Translations under genes and position numbers: made by a program
The notes under the pieces: model-generated
What the model was told of the DNA's origin: nothing
What the model saw: the letters and a program-made list of their open reading frames with translations, nothing else
Database searches by the model: none
DNA from: Candidatus Zixiibacteriota bacterium
Lineage (GTDB): Bacteria; RBG-13-66-14; B26-G2; WVWN01
Direction of reading: 5' to 3'
Length of the DNA stretch: 29,877 nucleotides
NCBI GenBank assembly: GCA_050117845.1
Contig: JASFLY010000033.1
Coordinates: 1 to 29,877, forward strand
Part shown: in pieces, positions 9,876-18,930 of the stretch
How the letters are laid out: each line of letters starts with the position of its first letter
Position numbering within the stretch: the stretch's first letter is position 1

Positions 9876-11177
9876 CTAGCCGTCCAGGTCGGCCCTTTTG
9901 AATATATCGTTCACGTGGCGCAGATAATAGTCCACGCGGAAGCAATCGCTCAGCTTCTTGCCGGGGAGGAATTTACGGACGAGCGGCTCGGCGGCGAGCG
10001 CGGCCTTGAGGTCCTTCGCCTTGCCCGCCGCGACGTCCCGGGCCCGCCGCTGGACGACCTCGTACGCGTCCTCGCGGGAGGCCCCGGCGGCGGCCAGTTC
10101 CACCAGGACGCGGCCGGAGAATATCAGGCCCCGCGTCATCTCCAGGTTCCGCTTCATGCGCCGGGGGTAAACGTCGAGCCCCTCCAGGACGTAGTTCATC
10201 TTGTCGAGCATGTAGTGAAGCGCGGTCGTGGCGTCCGGGAGGATGACGCGCTCGGCGGAGGAGTGGCTTATGTCCCGCTCGTGCCAGAGGGCGACGTTCT
10301 CGAGCGCCGTCACCAGCCAGCCGCGGAAGAGCCGGGCCATGCCGCAGACCCGCTCGCAGAGTTCGGGGTTGCGTTTGTGCGGCATGGAACTGGAGCCCTT
10401 CTGGCCGCGGGCGAACGGTTCGGCGGCCTCGCCGACCTCGGTGCGCTGGAGGCCGCGGATCTCGAGGGCTATCTTCTCGAGCGTGGCGGCGCAGAGCGCG
10501 AGCGCGGCGACGTACTCGGCGTGGCGGTCGCGCTGGACGACCTGCGTTACGGCGGCGTCGGCCTTGAGGCCCAGAATCTTCATCGCCGCGGCCTCGACCT
10601 TCGGCGGGATCTGCGCCAGGTTGCCCACCGGCCCCGAGAGCTTGCCCACCGAGACGGCGCGCCGGGCCCGGCGGATGCGCTCCCGCGCTCGCAGGAGTTC
10701 CTGATGGTATACGAGAAACTTCAGGCCGAAGGTGGTCGGTTCGGCGTGGATGCCGTGGGTCCGACCTATCATCGGCGTATTTTTATGTTTTAACGCGAGG
10801 ACTTTCGCCGCGGCGATGGTCCGGTCGAGCTCCCGGAGGATGAGGGTGGCCGCCTTCTTGAGGGCCAATGCCTGGGCGGTGTCGACGACGTCGTTGGACG
10901 TCAGGCCCAGGTGGATATAGCGGCTCGCCTCGCCGACGTTCCGGTTGACGTCTGTGAGGAAGGCTATGACGTCGTGGCGGACCTTCTCCTCAATATCTAA
11001 GATGTCGGCCACGTCGAACCGGGCACGTTTTTCGATTTCGCGTAGGGCCGACGCCGGGATGCGGCCGGCCTGGTTCCATGCCCGGCAGACCGCGATTTCG
11101 ACGCGGAGCCAGCGGCCGTACTGGCCCTCCAGCGACCACAGTTTCGCCATCGGCGGGAGCGTGTATCTCGGGATCAT
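9876..11177 (-). CDS. purB: Adenylosuccinate lyase
   Basis: MIPRY, HDVIAF, HLGLTSNDVVDT, GRTHGIHAEPTTFG, QKGSSSMPHKRNP, LWHERDISHSSAER. Confidence 0.97.
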   Translation of the reverse strand: MIPRYTLPPMAKLWSLEGQYGRWLRVEIAVCRAWNQAGRIPASALREIEKRARFDVADILDIEEKVRHDVIAFLTDVNRNVGEASRYIHLGLTSNDVVDTAQALALKKAATLILRELDRTIAAAKVLALKHKNTPMIGRTHGIHAEPTTFGLKFLVYHQELLRARERIRRARRAVSVGKLSGPVGNLAQIPPKVEAAAMKILGLKADAAVTQVVQRDRHAEYVAALALCAATLEKIALEIRGLQRTEVGEAAEPFARGQKGSSSMPHKRNPELCERVCGMARLFRGWLVTALENVALWHERDISHSSAERVILPDATTALHYMLDKMNYVLEGLDVYPRRMKRNLEMTRGLIFSGRVLVELAAAGASREDAYEVVQRRARDVAAGKAKDLKAALAAEPLVRKFLPGKKLSDCFRVDYYLRHVNDIFKRADLDG

Positions 11178-11212
11178 CGTTCGACGTTCCTCGTGTGAAT
11201 ATTAGATAAGCA

Positions 11213-12391
11213 TTAAGGGCCGGGCCGAGTTTCCGTGGGGACCTTCCCGTCCAGCACCTGGCCCTGCCGCCAGACTTTTAGTTGGACGCCGGAGCCGGCG
11301 GTTACGCCCGACAGTATATCGTTATACCCCGCTACGTCGTCGACCTCGCGGCCGTTGACCGCGAGGATGATGTCGCCGCGGCGCAAACGGGCGTGGTAGG
11401 CCGGGGCGTTTTCGTCGATATCGCTGATAATAAGGCCGTCGTCGTTCGGGAGGCCGAAGGAGGCCGCGATGGCGGGCGTTATCTCTACCAGATAGGCGCC
11501 GATCCAGGGTTGGCCCGCCGTGGGCTCCTTAATAATCCCGCGGGCGGACTCGCGGGCGACGTTGATGGGAACGGCGAAGCCGATGCCGAGCGAACCGCCG
11601 CTCGTCGTGATAATCGTAGCGTTGACGCCGATGGCTTCGCCGAGCGCGTTTACCAGCGGCCCGCCGGAGTTGCCGGGGTTGATGGACGCGTCGGTCTGGA
11701 CCAGGTCGTCGTAGAAGCGGAAGCCCCCCTCGCCGGAACTCCTCACCTGGCGGCCCAGGGCCGAGATGACGCCGACGGAGACGGTGGGGGACGCGCTCTC
11801 GCCGGCGACGCCGAACGGGTTGCCGATGGCGAGGCTCCATTCCCCTATCATGAGGTCGGAGGAGTCGCCGAGTTTTATATACGGGAGATCCGACCCTTCT
11901 ATCTTGAGGACGGCGACGTCGTTTTCGTAATCCGAACCCACCCACTCGGCGGGGAAGGTCCGGTTATCGGCCAGCGTAACCGAAATCGTATCGGCGCCGT
12001 GTATGACGTGCTCCGCGGTCAGGATGTAGCCGTCGGGGTCGAAAATGAACCCGGACCCCATCATGGGAACTTCTTCCTCGTATTCCCCGAAGGGTGGCCA
12101 CATGGAGTTGAAGTCGCGGAAGAAGTCCTGCGACAGCAGGCCGAAGGGATTGACGACGCGCCGCATGGTCTGGACGGTGTCGACCGTTACGACGGCCGGG
12201 CTGCATTTCGCCGCGGCGATGACGATGGCGTTGGTGCGGCTGGCCGTGACGGCCGCGTCGGCTTCTTCCACCGAGGGTTCGTCCAGGCCTTCCGGGACCT
12301 CGCCCCGGTGCGACTGGGAGCAGGCCGTTAAGGGTAGAAGGGCCACGACGGCGAACGCCGTGAGCGAGGCGCGGGATATTTTATATTTCAT
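11213..12391 (-). CDS. HtrA/DegP-family serine protease with one PDZ domain (probable lipoprotein)
   Basis: GSGFI, TAEHV, DVAVLK, AIGNPFG, QTDASINPGNSGGPL, C-terminal PDZ (LRRGDIILAVNG); LTAC lipobox-like. Confidence 0.93.
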   Translation of the reverse strand: MKYKISRASLTAFAVVALLPLTACSQSHRGEVPEGLDEPSVEEADAAVTASRTNAIVIAAAKCSPAVVTVDTVQTMRRVVNPFGLLSQDFFRDFNSMWPPFGEYEEEVPMMGSGFIFDPDGYILTAEHVIHGADTISVTLADNRTFPAEWVGSDYENDVAVLKIEGSDLPYIKLGDSSDLMIGEWSLAIGNPFGVAGESASPTVSVGVISALGRQVRSSGEGGFRFYDDLVQTDASINPGNSGGPLVNALGEAIGVNATIITTSGGSLGIGFAVPINVARESARGIIKEPTAGQPWIGAYLVEITPAIAASFGLPNDDGLIISDIDENAPAYHARLRRGDIILAVNGREVDDVAGYNDILSGVTAGSGVQLKVWRQGQVLDGKVPTETRPGP

Positions 12392-12428
12392 CAACGTTAT
12401 TACCTCTCGAGTGGCGGGCGCGCGCGCC

Positions 12429-14870
12429 TTAGCGTATTACGGCCAGTTTACCCGTCTTGCGGTCGCCCGCGGGCGTTTCGATTACGTAGAAATAGACGCC
12501 GCTGGCTTTGATGGCCGGCGTCTTCATTTCGAGTTCGAACGGCCACAATGTCTCCACGCCGTTGCCGCCCTCGGCCACGAATTCCCCGGCCAGGTTGTAG
12601 AATTTGACGGTGGAGTGCGCGGGGAGATTGGCGAAGAACACGCGGCCGGCGTGAGTGCCGAGTTTATAAGGATTCGGATAAACCTCCACGTCGTCGAGGG
12701 GGGCGGAGGCGGGCAGGGAGACGGGCGACGCGAGCGATACGGCCGAGGCCACGATACCCTTGGTCAACCTGACCGCCAGGTCGAAATCGACCTTGTCGAG
12801 AGTATCCTTGGTAGTGTTGCCGTGGTGGCCGGTTAGCGGCCAGTCCTCGATAAAGAGGTTCGACTCGTACCCGTGGGCCCAGTAAGGGGCGTGGTCGCTG
12901 AGACGCATCATGGGGTCGACCGTGGTATCGACGCCGAAGTCGGAAACGTACTCGGTCCCGGCGCGCCGCGTGTACTCCGATATCCAATTGCTGGGGTAGT
13001 TGGTTATAGCGGCCAGATTCTCCGGCAGCGCGTCCGCGTAGCCGATCATGTCGACGTTGAGGACGGCGAGAAGCGGTTCGCCGATGGACGCCATCCGGGC
13101 CGCGAAGTGGGACGAACCGAAGAGGCCCAGCTCCTCTCCCGAGTAGCAGACGTAGATAACGTCGCGTCGATAGTCGTGTCCCCGGCTCGCCCGGGCGCAT
13201 TCCAGGACGGCCGCGACGCCGGTGGCGTTGTCGTCCGCTCCGGGCGCCGGCGCTTCCGGCGTCTCGAGCGAGGACAACTCCGAAATGGAATCGTAGTGGG
13301 CGCACACGAGGACCGTTCCGGGCAGGCCGCCGCGGCCTTCCTTCCTCGCCCATACGTTCTCCCACACGTACGCAGAGGTCGAGTCCGCGTTTTTCGCCTG
13401 GTCCTCCCAGGTCGCGCCGCCGTCGCCGCTATATGGCAGCGCGCCGCTGCTCGCGCCGCACCATATTCGGTTCGCGGAGCCTATGGCTGCGGAGTAGTAA
13501 ATGTAATGCAGGCCCCGGGTCCTTTGCCATTCGCCGGCGCCGGCCTTCCGCCACACCTGGCCGATGGAACCGACGATTACCCCGGTGTTGTTATTCCAGG
13601 CGACGTCGTAGAGGTAGGATTCGGTCCCGAGGTCCAGCGCGGTCCAGGTGGTCCCGCCGTCGGTCGAACGGAGGGCCGTACCACCCTCGCCGACGGCGTA
13701 GGCTTCGGCCGCGGCGCCGTAGGCCACGCTTTCCAGACGGAAGGCCGACGTCGGGTTGACCCGCGTCCAGTTCGCGCCGCCGTCGGTCGTGCGGGCCAGG
13801 TAACCGTACGAGCCGCAAAGCAGGCCGGTGTCGGCGTCGGCGAAGGCGATGCCGCGGAGCCACTCCCCTGTGGTCGCTATTCGCGACCACGAATTGCCGC
13901 CGTTGGTCGTGCGGTAAACCTCTCCCGCCGTGGTCGCGGCCCAACCGTTTTGCGAATCGACGAAGCAGATGTCGTTAACGTCGCCGGTTCCCAGTTCGTG
14001 CGTATCCCAGTTGTCGCCGCCGTCGGCCGTCACGGCGACCAGGCCCGAGGAGAAGCCGACCCACGCCTCGTCGGCCGAGGTGCACGCCACGCACAGCGCC
14101 GCGGTCACGTTTTCGGCGGCGCGGCCGAGAACGTTCCAGCTTTCGCCGCCGTCCGTCGTGCGGGCGACGACGCCGATATTGCCGGCGGCCCAGGCGACTT
14201 CGGTGCCCGCCGCGCTCACGCGGTTCATTACCGGCCCGAAGTACCGGTCGCGGCGAACGTCGTAACCCGCGGTCGCGAGCGCGTCGTCGACGTAGTCGGC
14301 GGCTTCCTTGCACCTCGGGCTATACGAGTAGCGGGTCCCGAACGCGACGAGGCGGCGTACGGTGTCCTCGTAGCGGTCGCGGTTTACCGCGCCCACGATA
14401 TCGCCCACCTCGTTTTGTACGGTGTATTCGGGGGGAGTCCCGCCTCGGCCCAGGGCCGCGAAGTCGACGGGAATAGGCCCCAGTCGACGCGCCGTATCGC
14501 CGGGGGCGAGGTCGACGCCGGCCGGAGCGGCTACGACGTGGCAGGTGGGACTAACGGCCGCCAGGACCGTCGCGCCGGGGGGCAACGTGACCGCCGGCGG
14601 GTATATTTCCCAAATCCCTTTTTGCGCCGGGTCGTCGGCGATGACGTCGAAGCGGAAACCGCGTTCGGCCAGCCGGCCGGCGTAACCGACGCTCACCTCG
14701 CCGATGGCGTACTCGTCGTACACGGCGTAGGGGACGAACGACGTATCGGCCAGGCGGCCGGGGGCGCCGTCGTAATAGATTTTTATCAGTAAGCCCTCGG
14801 CCCCGGAGGCGGGGCCCGCGAGGGCCGCCAGGGCCAGGGCGGCCGCTATTATCCTTTTATACAAACCCAT
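12429..14870 (-). CDS. Secreted M28-family peptidase with inserted YCF48/BNR beta-propeller and T9SS/FlgD-like C-terminal domain
   Basis: Signal peptide; AHYDS, PGADDNATG, GEELGLFGS, NVDMIG, SDHAPY; repeated TxDGGxxW motifs; C-terminal VYPNPY...FYNLAGE...SGVYFYVI...GKLAVIR. Confidence 0.88.
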   Translation of the reverse strand: MGLYKRIIAAALALAALAGPASGAEGLLIKIYYDGAPGRLADTSFVPYAVYDEYAIGEVSVGYAGRLAERGFRFDVIADDPAQKGIWEIYPPAVTLPPGATVLAAVSPTCHVVAAPAGVDLAPGDTARRLGPIPVDFAALGRGGTPPEYTVQNEVGDIVGAVNRDRYEDTVRRLVAFGTRYSYSPRCKEAADYVDDALATAGYDVRRDRYFGPVMNRVSAAGTEVAWAAGNIGVVARTTDGGESWNVLGRAAENVTAALCVACTSADEAWVGFSSGLVAVTADGGDNWDTHELGTGDVNDICFVDSQNGWAATTAGEVYRTTNGGNSWSRIATTGEWLRGIAFADADTGLLCGSYGYLARTTDGGANWTRVNPTSAFRLESVAYGAAAEAYAVGEGGTALRSTDGGTTWTALDLGTESYLYDVAWNNNTGVIVGSIGQVWRKAGAGEWQRTRGLHYIYYSAAIGSANRIWCGASSGALPYSGDGGATWEDQAKNADSTSAYVWENVWARKEGRGGLPGTVLVCAHYDSISELSSLETPEAPAPGADDNATGVAAVLECARASRGHDYRRDVIYVCYSGEELGLFGSSHFAARMASIGEPLLAVLNVDMIGYADALPENLAAITNYPSNWISEYTRRAGTEYVSDFGVDTTVDPMMRLSDHAPYWAHGYESNLFIEDWPLTGHHGNTTKDTLDKVDFDLAVRLTKGIVASAVSLASPVSLPASAPLDDVEVYPNPYKLGTHAGRVFFANLPAHSTVKFYNLAGEFVAEGGNGVETLWPFELEMKTPAIKASGVYFYVIETPAGDRKTGKLAVIR

Positions 14871-15048
14871 AATTTATTATCCCTTAATTTGTAAGGGTGG
14901 AGGAGTATGCGTTAACACGATTTTAACATAATAACGCTTATTAGGAAAGTTCAAGCTGATATTCGGCCGAAATCGAGGCCGAAACAAGAAAACGGCCGCC
15001 GTTGCGGCGCCCGGGGCAAGCCTGTTTACGGCGGTAGTATCTCGTTTC

Positions 15049-15501
15049 TTATATGGTCGCTTCGCTTCTGAGCCAGGAGACGAGTCGGTCGGACCAGGAT
15101 GGGGCGGAGGCGTCGAGGTAGGCGATGGGGATGCCCTGGATATGGGGCGTTTCCTTGCGCAGGAGCGCCCGGCGGTACTGCTCCGGCAATACGAGCATGA
15201 GTTGGGCGGGGCGCGTGACGGCGAGCGCGGCGGCCAGCCGGCCGTAGTTCTCGTAAATGGCCTCGTCCACTCGGGGGCCGGTCATTTCCCTTACGGCCGG
15301 TTCCAGAGGTTCTTGGGCCGGGACCAGGCCGTATTCCGACGTCAACACGTAAAGGTTGACGTCTTTCGGCCAGTCACCCCGGCCTATCAGGCTGCGCGCC
15401 AGAGCGAATACCGGCCCGTCGAAAAGGTCCAGAGCCGGCGTTTTCTCCTCGGCCTCGGGCCGGAGGGTCCCCTCGGCGATTATCAATATGCGGGAAACCA
15501 C
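15049..15501 (-). CDS. Hypothetical protein, resembling the DUF6884/YaaA-like family
   Basis: PALDLFDGPVF...LYVLTSEYGLV resembles the PAxxxYxGxxF...ILSAxYGLI pattern; recognised by eye only. Confidence 0.55.
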   Translation of the reverse strand: MVSRILIIAEGTLRPEAEEKTPALDLFDGPVFALARSLIGRGDWPKDVNLYVLTSEYGLVPAQEPLEPAVREMTGPRVDEAIYENYGRLAAALAVTRPAQLMLVLPEQYRRALLRKETPHIQGIPIAYLDASAPSWSDRLVSWLRSEATI

Positions 15502-15587
15502 CGGCTCTTATAACATAAGTCGGGGTTCCCCGCTACCGTAATTGGCTTTCGATTGCCGCCCGGCGCGCGGCGCGGCCTGGCGTTAAA

Positions 15588-16016
15588 TTAATCTCCGCCC
15601 TTGAATTCGCGCGGCGGATTCGTCCCGTCGTCGTGGTCGACGTACGAGGGGATCTCGGGGTCTTCGCCCCGGCCGGAATGGGCGTATTTGCGCCCCTCGC
15701 CGTACTTGACTTTCAACGCGTCGCCTTCGGCCTCAGATAGTTTCCGTTTGGGAGGAGTGGAGGAGCCGCCGTACGAGTAGCCGCCGCTCGTGACCGTCCG
15801 GCTGGGCGGTTTGTAACCGTCCTGGAGCATTTTATAATACTCCTCCTTCGTCGGGGCCCGGTCCAACGTTTTAACCCGGGGTTCCGGGGCGGGCGCCTTC
15901 GCGACGGTTTCCGCCGGTTCGACGACGTCCTCGTCGGCGGTCACTTTAAGTTGTTCGCAACCGCATAAAAACGCCACGGCTAAAATCGCGGCACTGACAG
16001 AAAAAACTACTCGCAT
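15588..16016 (-). CDS. Hypothetical lipoprotein
   Basis: AAGGAGG RBS upstream of the ATG; hydrophobic leader ending in FLCGC; hydrophilic low-complexity mature part. Confidence 0.7.
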   Translation of the reverse strand: MRVVFSVSAAILAVAFLCGCEQLKVTADEDVVEPAETVAKAPAPEPRVKTLDRAPTKEEYYKMLQDGYKPPSRTVTSGGYSYGGSSTPPKRKLSEAEGDALKVKYGEGRKYAHSGRGEDPEIPSYVDHDDGTNPPREFKGGD

Positions 16017-16145
16017 AACGCCTCCTTGCGCGTCGTATTCGCTATTTAGTATAACAGGTCAAACGGGGGGAAGGTAGCCTTTCCCCACAATATTGGACGG
16101 AGGTCGGGGCGCGGGGTTTAACGTCAAATAAGCGCTTCGGATAAT

Positions 16146-16167
16146 AAAAAAGGGCCCTCGGGCCCTT
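16146..16167 (-). terminator. Intrinsic terminator
   Basis: AAGGGCCC-tc-GGGCCCTT followed by a U-run on the minus strand. Confidence 0.65.
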
Positions 16168-16208
16168 GATTGCTTATCGTTTAGCACCCTCCCGGGCCGG
16201 AGCCGGGC

Positions 16209-16904
16209 CTATTGGCCCCACCGGTAACCGAACAATACTACGAAGGAATTGGGTATTTCGGATTCGACCTTCTCGCGAGCCCGTCCGCCGGCCCGACCCG
16301 TTTCGTACTCCATGGTGGCGCTGCCGACGGGGACCACCGGCCCGAAGCGCCAGTATATCGTACTCGTCGGCGTAAGCGTAATTTCGAGGCCGAAGGGCAC
16401 TTCCCAGGCCCCGCTAAACGCCGTCGCCGAGCCGTTGTAATAATCCTCTTCCTCATTATCCAATCTGTTAATCGAGGTGGGCGCGACGGTGAATCCTCCG
16501 CCGACGCCGATGAAGGGCGTTACGAGGCGGGAGCCGGCCGGGATTTTTAATCGGCATACCAGGGCTTCGGTTACGGTTAATGCCGAGAAAGTCTGTTCCC
16601 ACTGTCCCAGGTCCTCGGTCACGGATTCGTGCCGGAAGTAAGTGAAGCCGGCGCTGGTGTCGAAGCTGAGGGTCGGGACGATTCGTTTTTGACGGAATTT
16701 GAAGGCGTCTATGGTGAAGCCGCCGCCCAGATAGAAGGTATTGCCGTAATACCGGGGGACCAACTCTTCTTCCAGTTTGTTGGTAATGGTCCAGCTCCCG
16801 GGGGCGATGCGGTCGTAACCGCCGTGGACGAACGGCGAAATCGCCGACGCCGGCACGGCCGATAGGACGAGAGCCGCGATAAGAATTAAATATAAACCTT
16901 TCAC
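16209..16904 (-). CDS. Outer-membrane beta-barrel protein (OmpA/OmpW-like 8-stranded type)
   Basis: Signal peptide (VPASA), alternating beta-strands, TPFIGVGGG, C-terminal VLFGYRW. Confidence 0.7.
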   Translation of the reverse strand: MKGLYLILIAALVLSAVPASAISPFVHGGYDRIAPGSWTITNKLEEELVPRYYGNTFYLGGGFTIDAFKFRQKRIVPTLSFDTSAGFTYFRHESVTEDLGQWEQTFSALTVTEALVCRLKIPAGSRLVTPFIGVGGGFTVAPTSINRLDNEEEDYYNGSATAFSGAWEVPFGLEITLTPTSTIYWRFGPVVPVGSATMEYETGRAGGRAREKVESEIPNSFVVLFGYRWGQ

Positions 16905-16965
16905 GGTGCGATCACCTCGCGTCCATAATAACTAGGGAGGCCGGCTTATGCAAACCTTTTTTAAG

Positions 16966-16990
16966 AAAAACCCGCCCGGGGGGGCGGGTT
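16966..16990 (-). terminator. Intrinsic terminator
   Basis: AACCCGCCC...GGGCGGGTT with a U-run on the minus strand; near-identical to 18878-18905. Confidence 0.75.
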
Positions 16991-17012
16991 AAGTTCGGAG
17001 TAGGTGGCGGGT

Positions 17013-18620
17013 TTAGTTCGTTACCACCATTTTTCGGGCGGCGTCGTTCTCGCCCGCCTCGAGGCGGTAGACGTAAACGCCGGGGGGGAGGTCGTTATGG
17101 AAATTCACGGCGTGGGGCCCAGCTCCATAGCGGCCCTCGGCCGGGACGGCGACACGCCGGCCGGCGGCGTCGTAAATAACCAGCCGCACGTCGGACGCTT
17201 CCGTCAGGTCGAAGCTGAAGGTCGTGAAGTCACGGACCGGGTTGGGGGCGTTTTGGTGGAGCGCGAAGGCGCGGCCCTTGGCCGCGGGTGGCGCCGAGGC
17301 CGGCCCGAACATCCTGCGCGTCCCCGCCGTCGATACGGCCTCGAGCCAGTAGTCGTAGCCGGCGGCGCCGGCCTCGTCGTCGAGGTAGGACAGCGGCGAC
17401 GTCCCGGTTACAAGGGCGTCGTTCGCTTTTTCCCGGACGCCGGAAGCGTTCTCGCGGTAGAGGTTGTACCCGGTTACGGCCTCGTCGTCGGCCACGGCCC
17501 AGCCGAGTTCAACGCCGGCCGCGGAGCGTTTCGCGTCGAAGCGCGTCAACTCCACGTCCAGCGTCGGGTCGTAAACGGCGTAGCGCAGTTTCTTGGTCCT
17601 CGCGTTGTAGAACAGCAGTTGAGGATATTCCTCGTTGCCGATGGCCATGGCGTGGGGGTAGCCCTGCCATTTGCCGAGCGCGACCACTTTGTTCGACCAG
17701 GTGGCGTCGTTTTTCGTGGCTACGTGGAGGTTCAAGGCTGCCCAGTTGTAGTAGGAGATGAATACTGTACCGTCCTGGTTCACGCATATCTGGGAGCAGC
17801 CGGGACGGCCTTTGGCCTTGTCGACGTTCTCGATCGTCCATACGCCCTCGTCGTAGACGGCGTAATAAAGGGCCGAGTTGTCGATTGCGACGTAGCTGAC
17901 GTGGATTTTGCCGTCCGCGGTTATGTAGGCGCAGCAGTCGTTGCCGTCGTCGATATCTTCGAAAACCCATTCGTCCTCTACCAGTTCGGCGTGGCGTATC
18001 TTCTTGCTCATCAGGTCGGCGAAGATGACGTGAACGGCGTCATCGCCGTCGATTATCAGCGAGTTGGCGCCCGCCCCCATCTCGAAACTCGGATTTAAAA
18101 CGTTACGGACCCACTCGGTTTCGGTTTTAATAAAATAATAAAGCACGGTCCCGCTTGTGCCACAAGCGGCGTTGAACGTAACGCCTCCGTAGCCCAGCGG
18201 CCAGGGGCCGAACGACGAGTAGAGACAGGGGACGTGGTAAACGTTCATCATCTCGTAGACTTCTTCGGTTTCCCAACTACCCGTTTTCCTGTCGGCGTAG
18301 TATACGATATAATCGTCGGCGTAAAGCACGTAGGGGATGTCGTAGGGGTCCGTCGTTATGGCGGTGGTTCCGTCGACGATTTTATCGACGGCTACCATCT
18401 CATAACTCCATAGGCCGTCTTCCTTCTTGCCGTAAACTACGTGATCACGTTTGGTGGTCTCGTCGAGGTAGGCAATGTGAGGATTACCCTGCGTGTCGAC
18501 GACCAGGGAACACCCTTTGCCGTTATTTGCGTCGGTAATGGTCTCGAGGGCCCAACCGTCACCCCAGACAGTACCGACGGATATTAGGACAACGACCGCC
18601 GCCATTAATATATTCTTCAT
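17013..18620 (-). CDS. Secreted beta-propeller protein with Ig-like and T9SS/FlgD-like C-terminal domain (paralogue A)
   Basis: GAGGAG RBS before MKNILM; signal peptide; repeats of DxxGxPHIxY...LxYA...WxxExV; C-terminal FALHQNAPNP...IYDAAGR...PGVYVYRL...KMVV. Confidence 0.85.
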   Translation of the reverse strand: MKNILMAAVVVLISVGTVWGDGWALETITDANNGKGCSLVVDTQGNPHIAYLDETTKRDHVVYGKKEDGLWSYEMVAVDKIVDGTTAITTDPYDIPYVLYADDYIVYYADRKTGSWETEEVYEMMNVYHVPCLYSSFGPWPLGYGGVTFNAACGTSGTVLYYFIKTETEWVRNVLNPSFEMGAGANSLIIDGDDAVHVIFADLMSKKIRHAELVEDEWVFEDIDDGNDCCAYITADGKIHVSYVAIDNSALYYAVYDEGVWTIENVDKAKGRPGCSQICVNQDGTVFISYYNWAALNLHVATKNDATWSNKVVALGKWQGYPHAMAIGNEEYPQLLFYNARTKKLRYAVYDPTLDVELTRFDAKRSAAGVELGWAVADDEAVTGYNLYRENASGVREKANDALVTGTSPLSYLDDEAGAAGYDYWLEAVSTAGTRRMFGPASAPPAAKGRAFALHQNAPNPVRDFTTFSFDLTEASDVRLVIYDAAGRRVAVPAEGRYGAGPHAVNFHNDLPPGVYVYRLEAGENDAARKMVVTN

Positions 18621-18672
18621 TTCGATCGTCTCCTCGCGTAAAAAACGCACCGCGTTAATTTACTCCTATAAA

Positions 18673-18701
18673 AGTATAGCAAGTTAATCTGCCCAGGTCA
18701 A
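18673..18701 (-). promoter_or_regulatory. Sigma70-type promoter
   Basis: Minus strand TTGACC-N17-TATACT with a TG extension. Confidence 0.65.
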
Positions 18702-18877
18702 TATTACGGTATTCTAGCGGGTCGCAACGGCGATAACCGGGTTTGGGGCGCTTTTTTAAGCGAGGCCGGCTTACGAGCCGCCCCGCTTCAGGTAAAGAAC
18801 CGCGTAATCACTGATACGCTTTGAAAACGGGTGCAAGCCCCGCCGCGATATATGCGGAGCCGTTCGCCCCGGGCCCG

Positions 18878-18905
18878 AAAAAAACCCGCCCCGAGGGGCG
18901 GGTTT
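18878..18905 (-). terminator. Intrinsic terminator
   Basis: AAACCCGCCCC-ga-GGGGCGGGTTT with a U-run on the minus strand. Confidence 0.75.
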
Positions 18906-18930
18906 GTATTCATAGTTCGGTTCGAGCCGT

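Noticed and set aside
8736..14870. M28-HtrA-purB-DUF362 run as a functional pathway
   Set aside because: Co-oriented and closely spaced, but no plausible shared function; likely a mixed housekeeping operon
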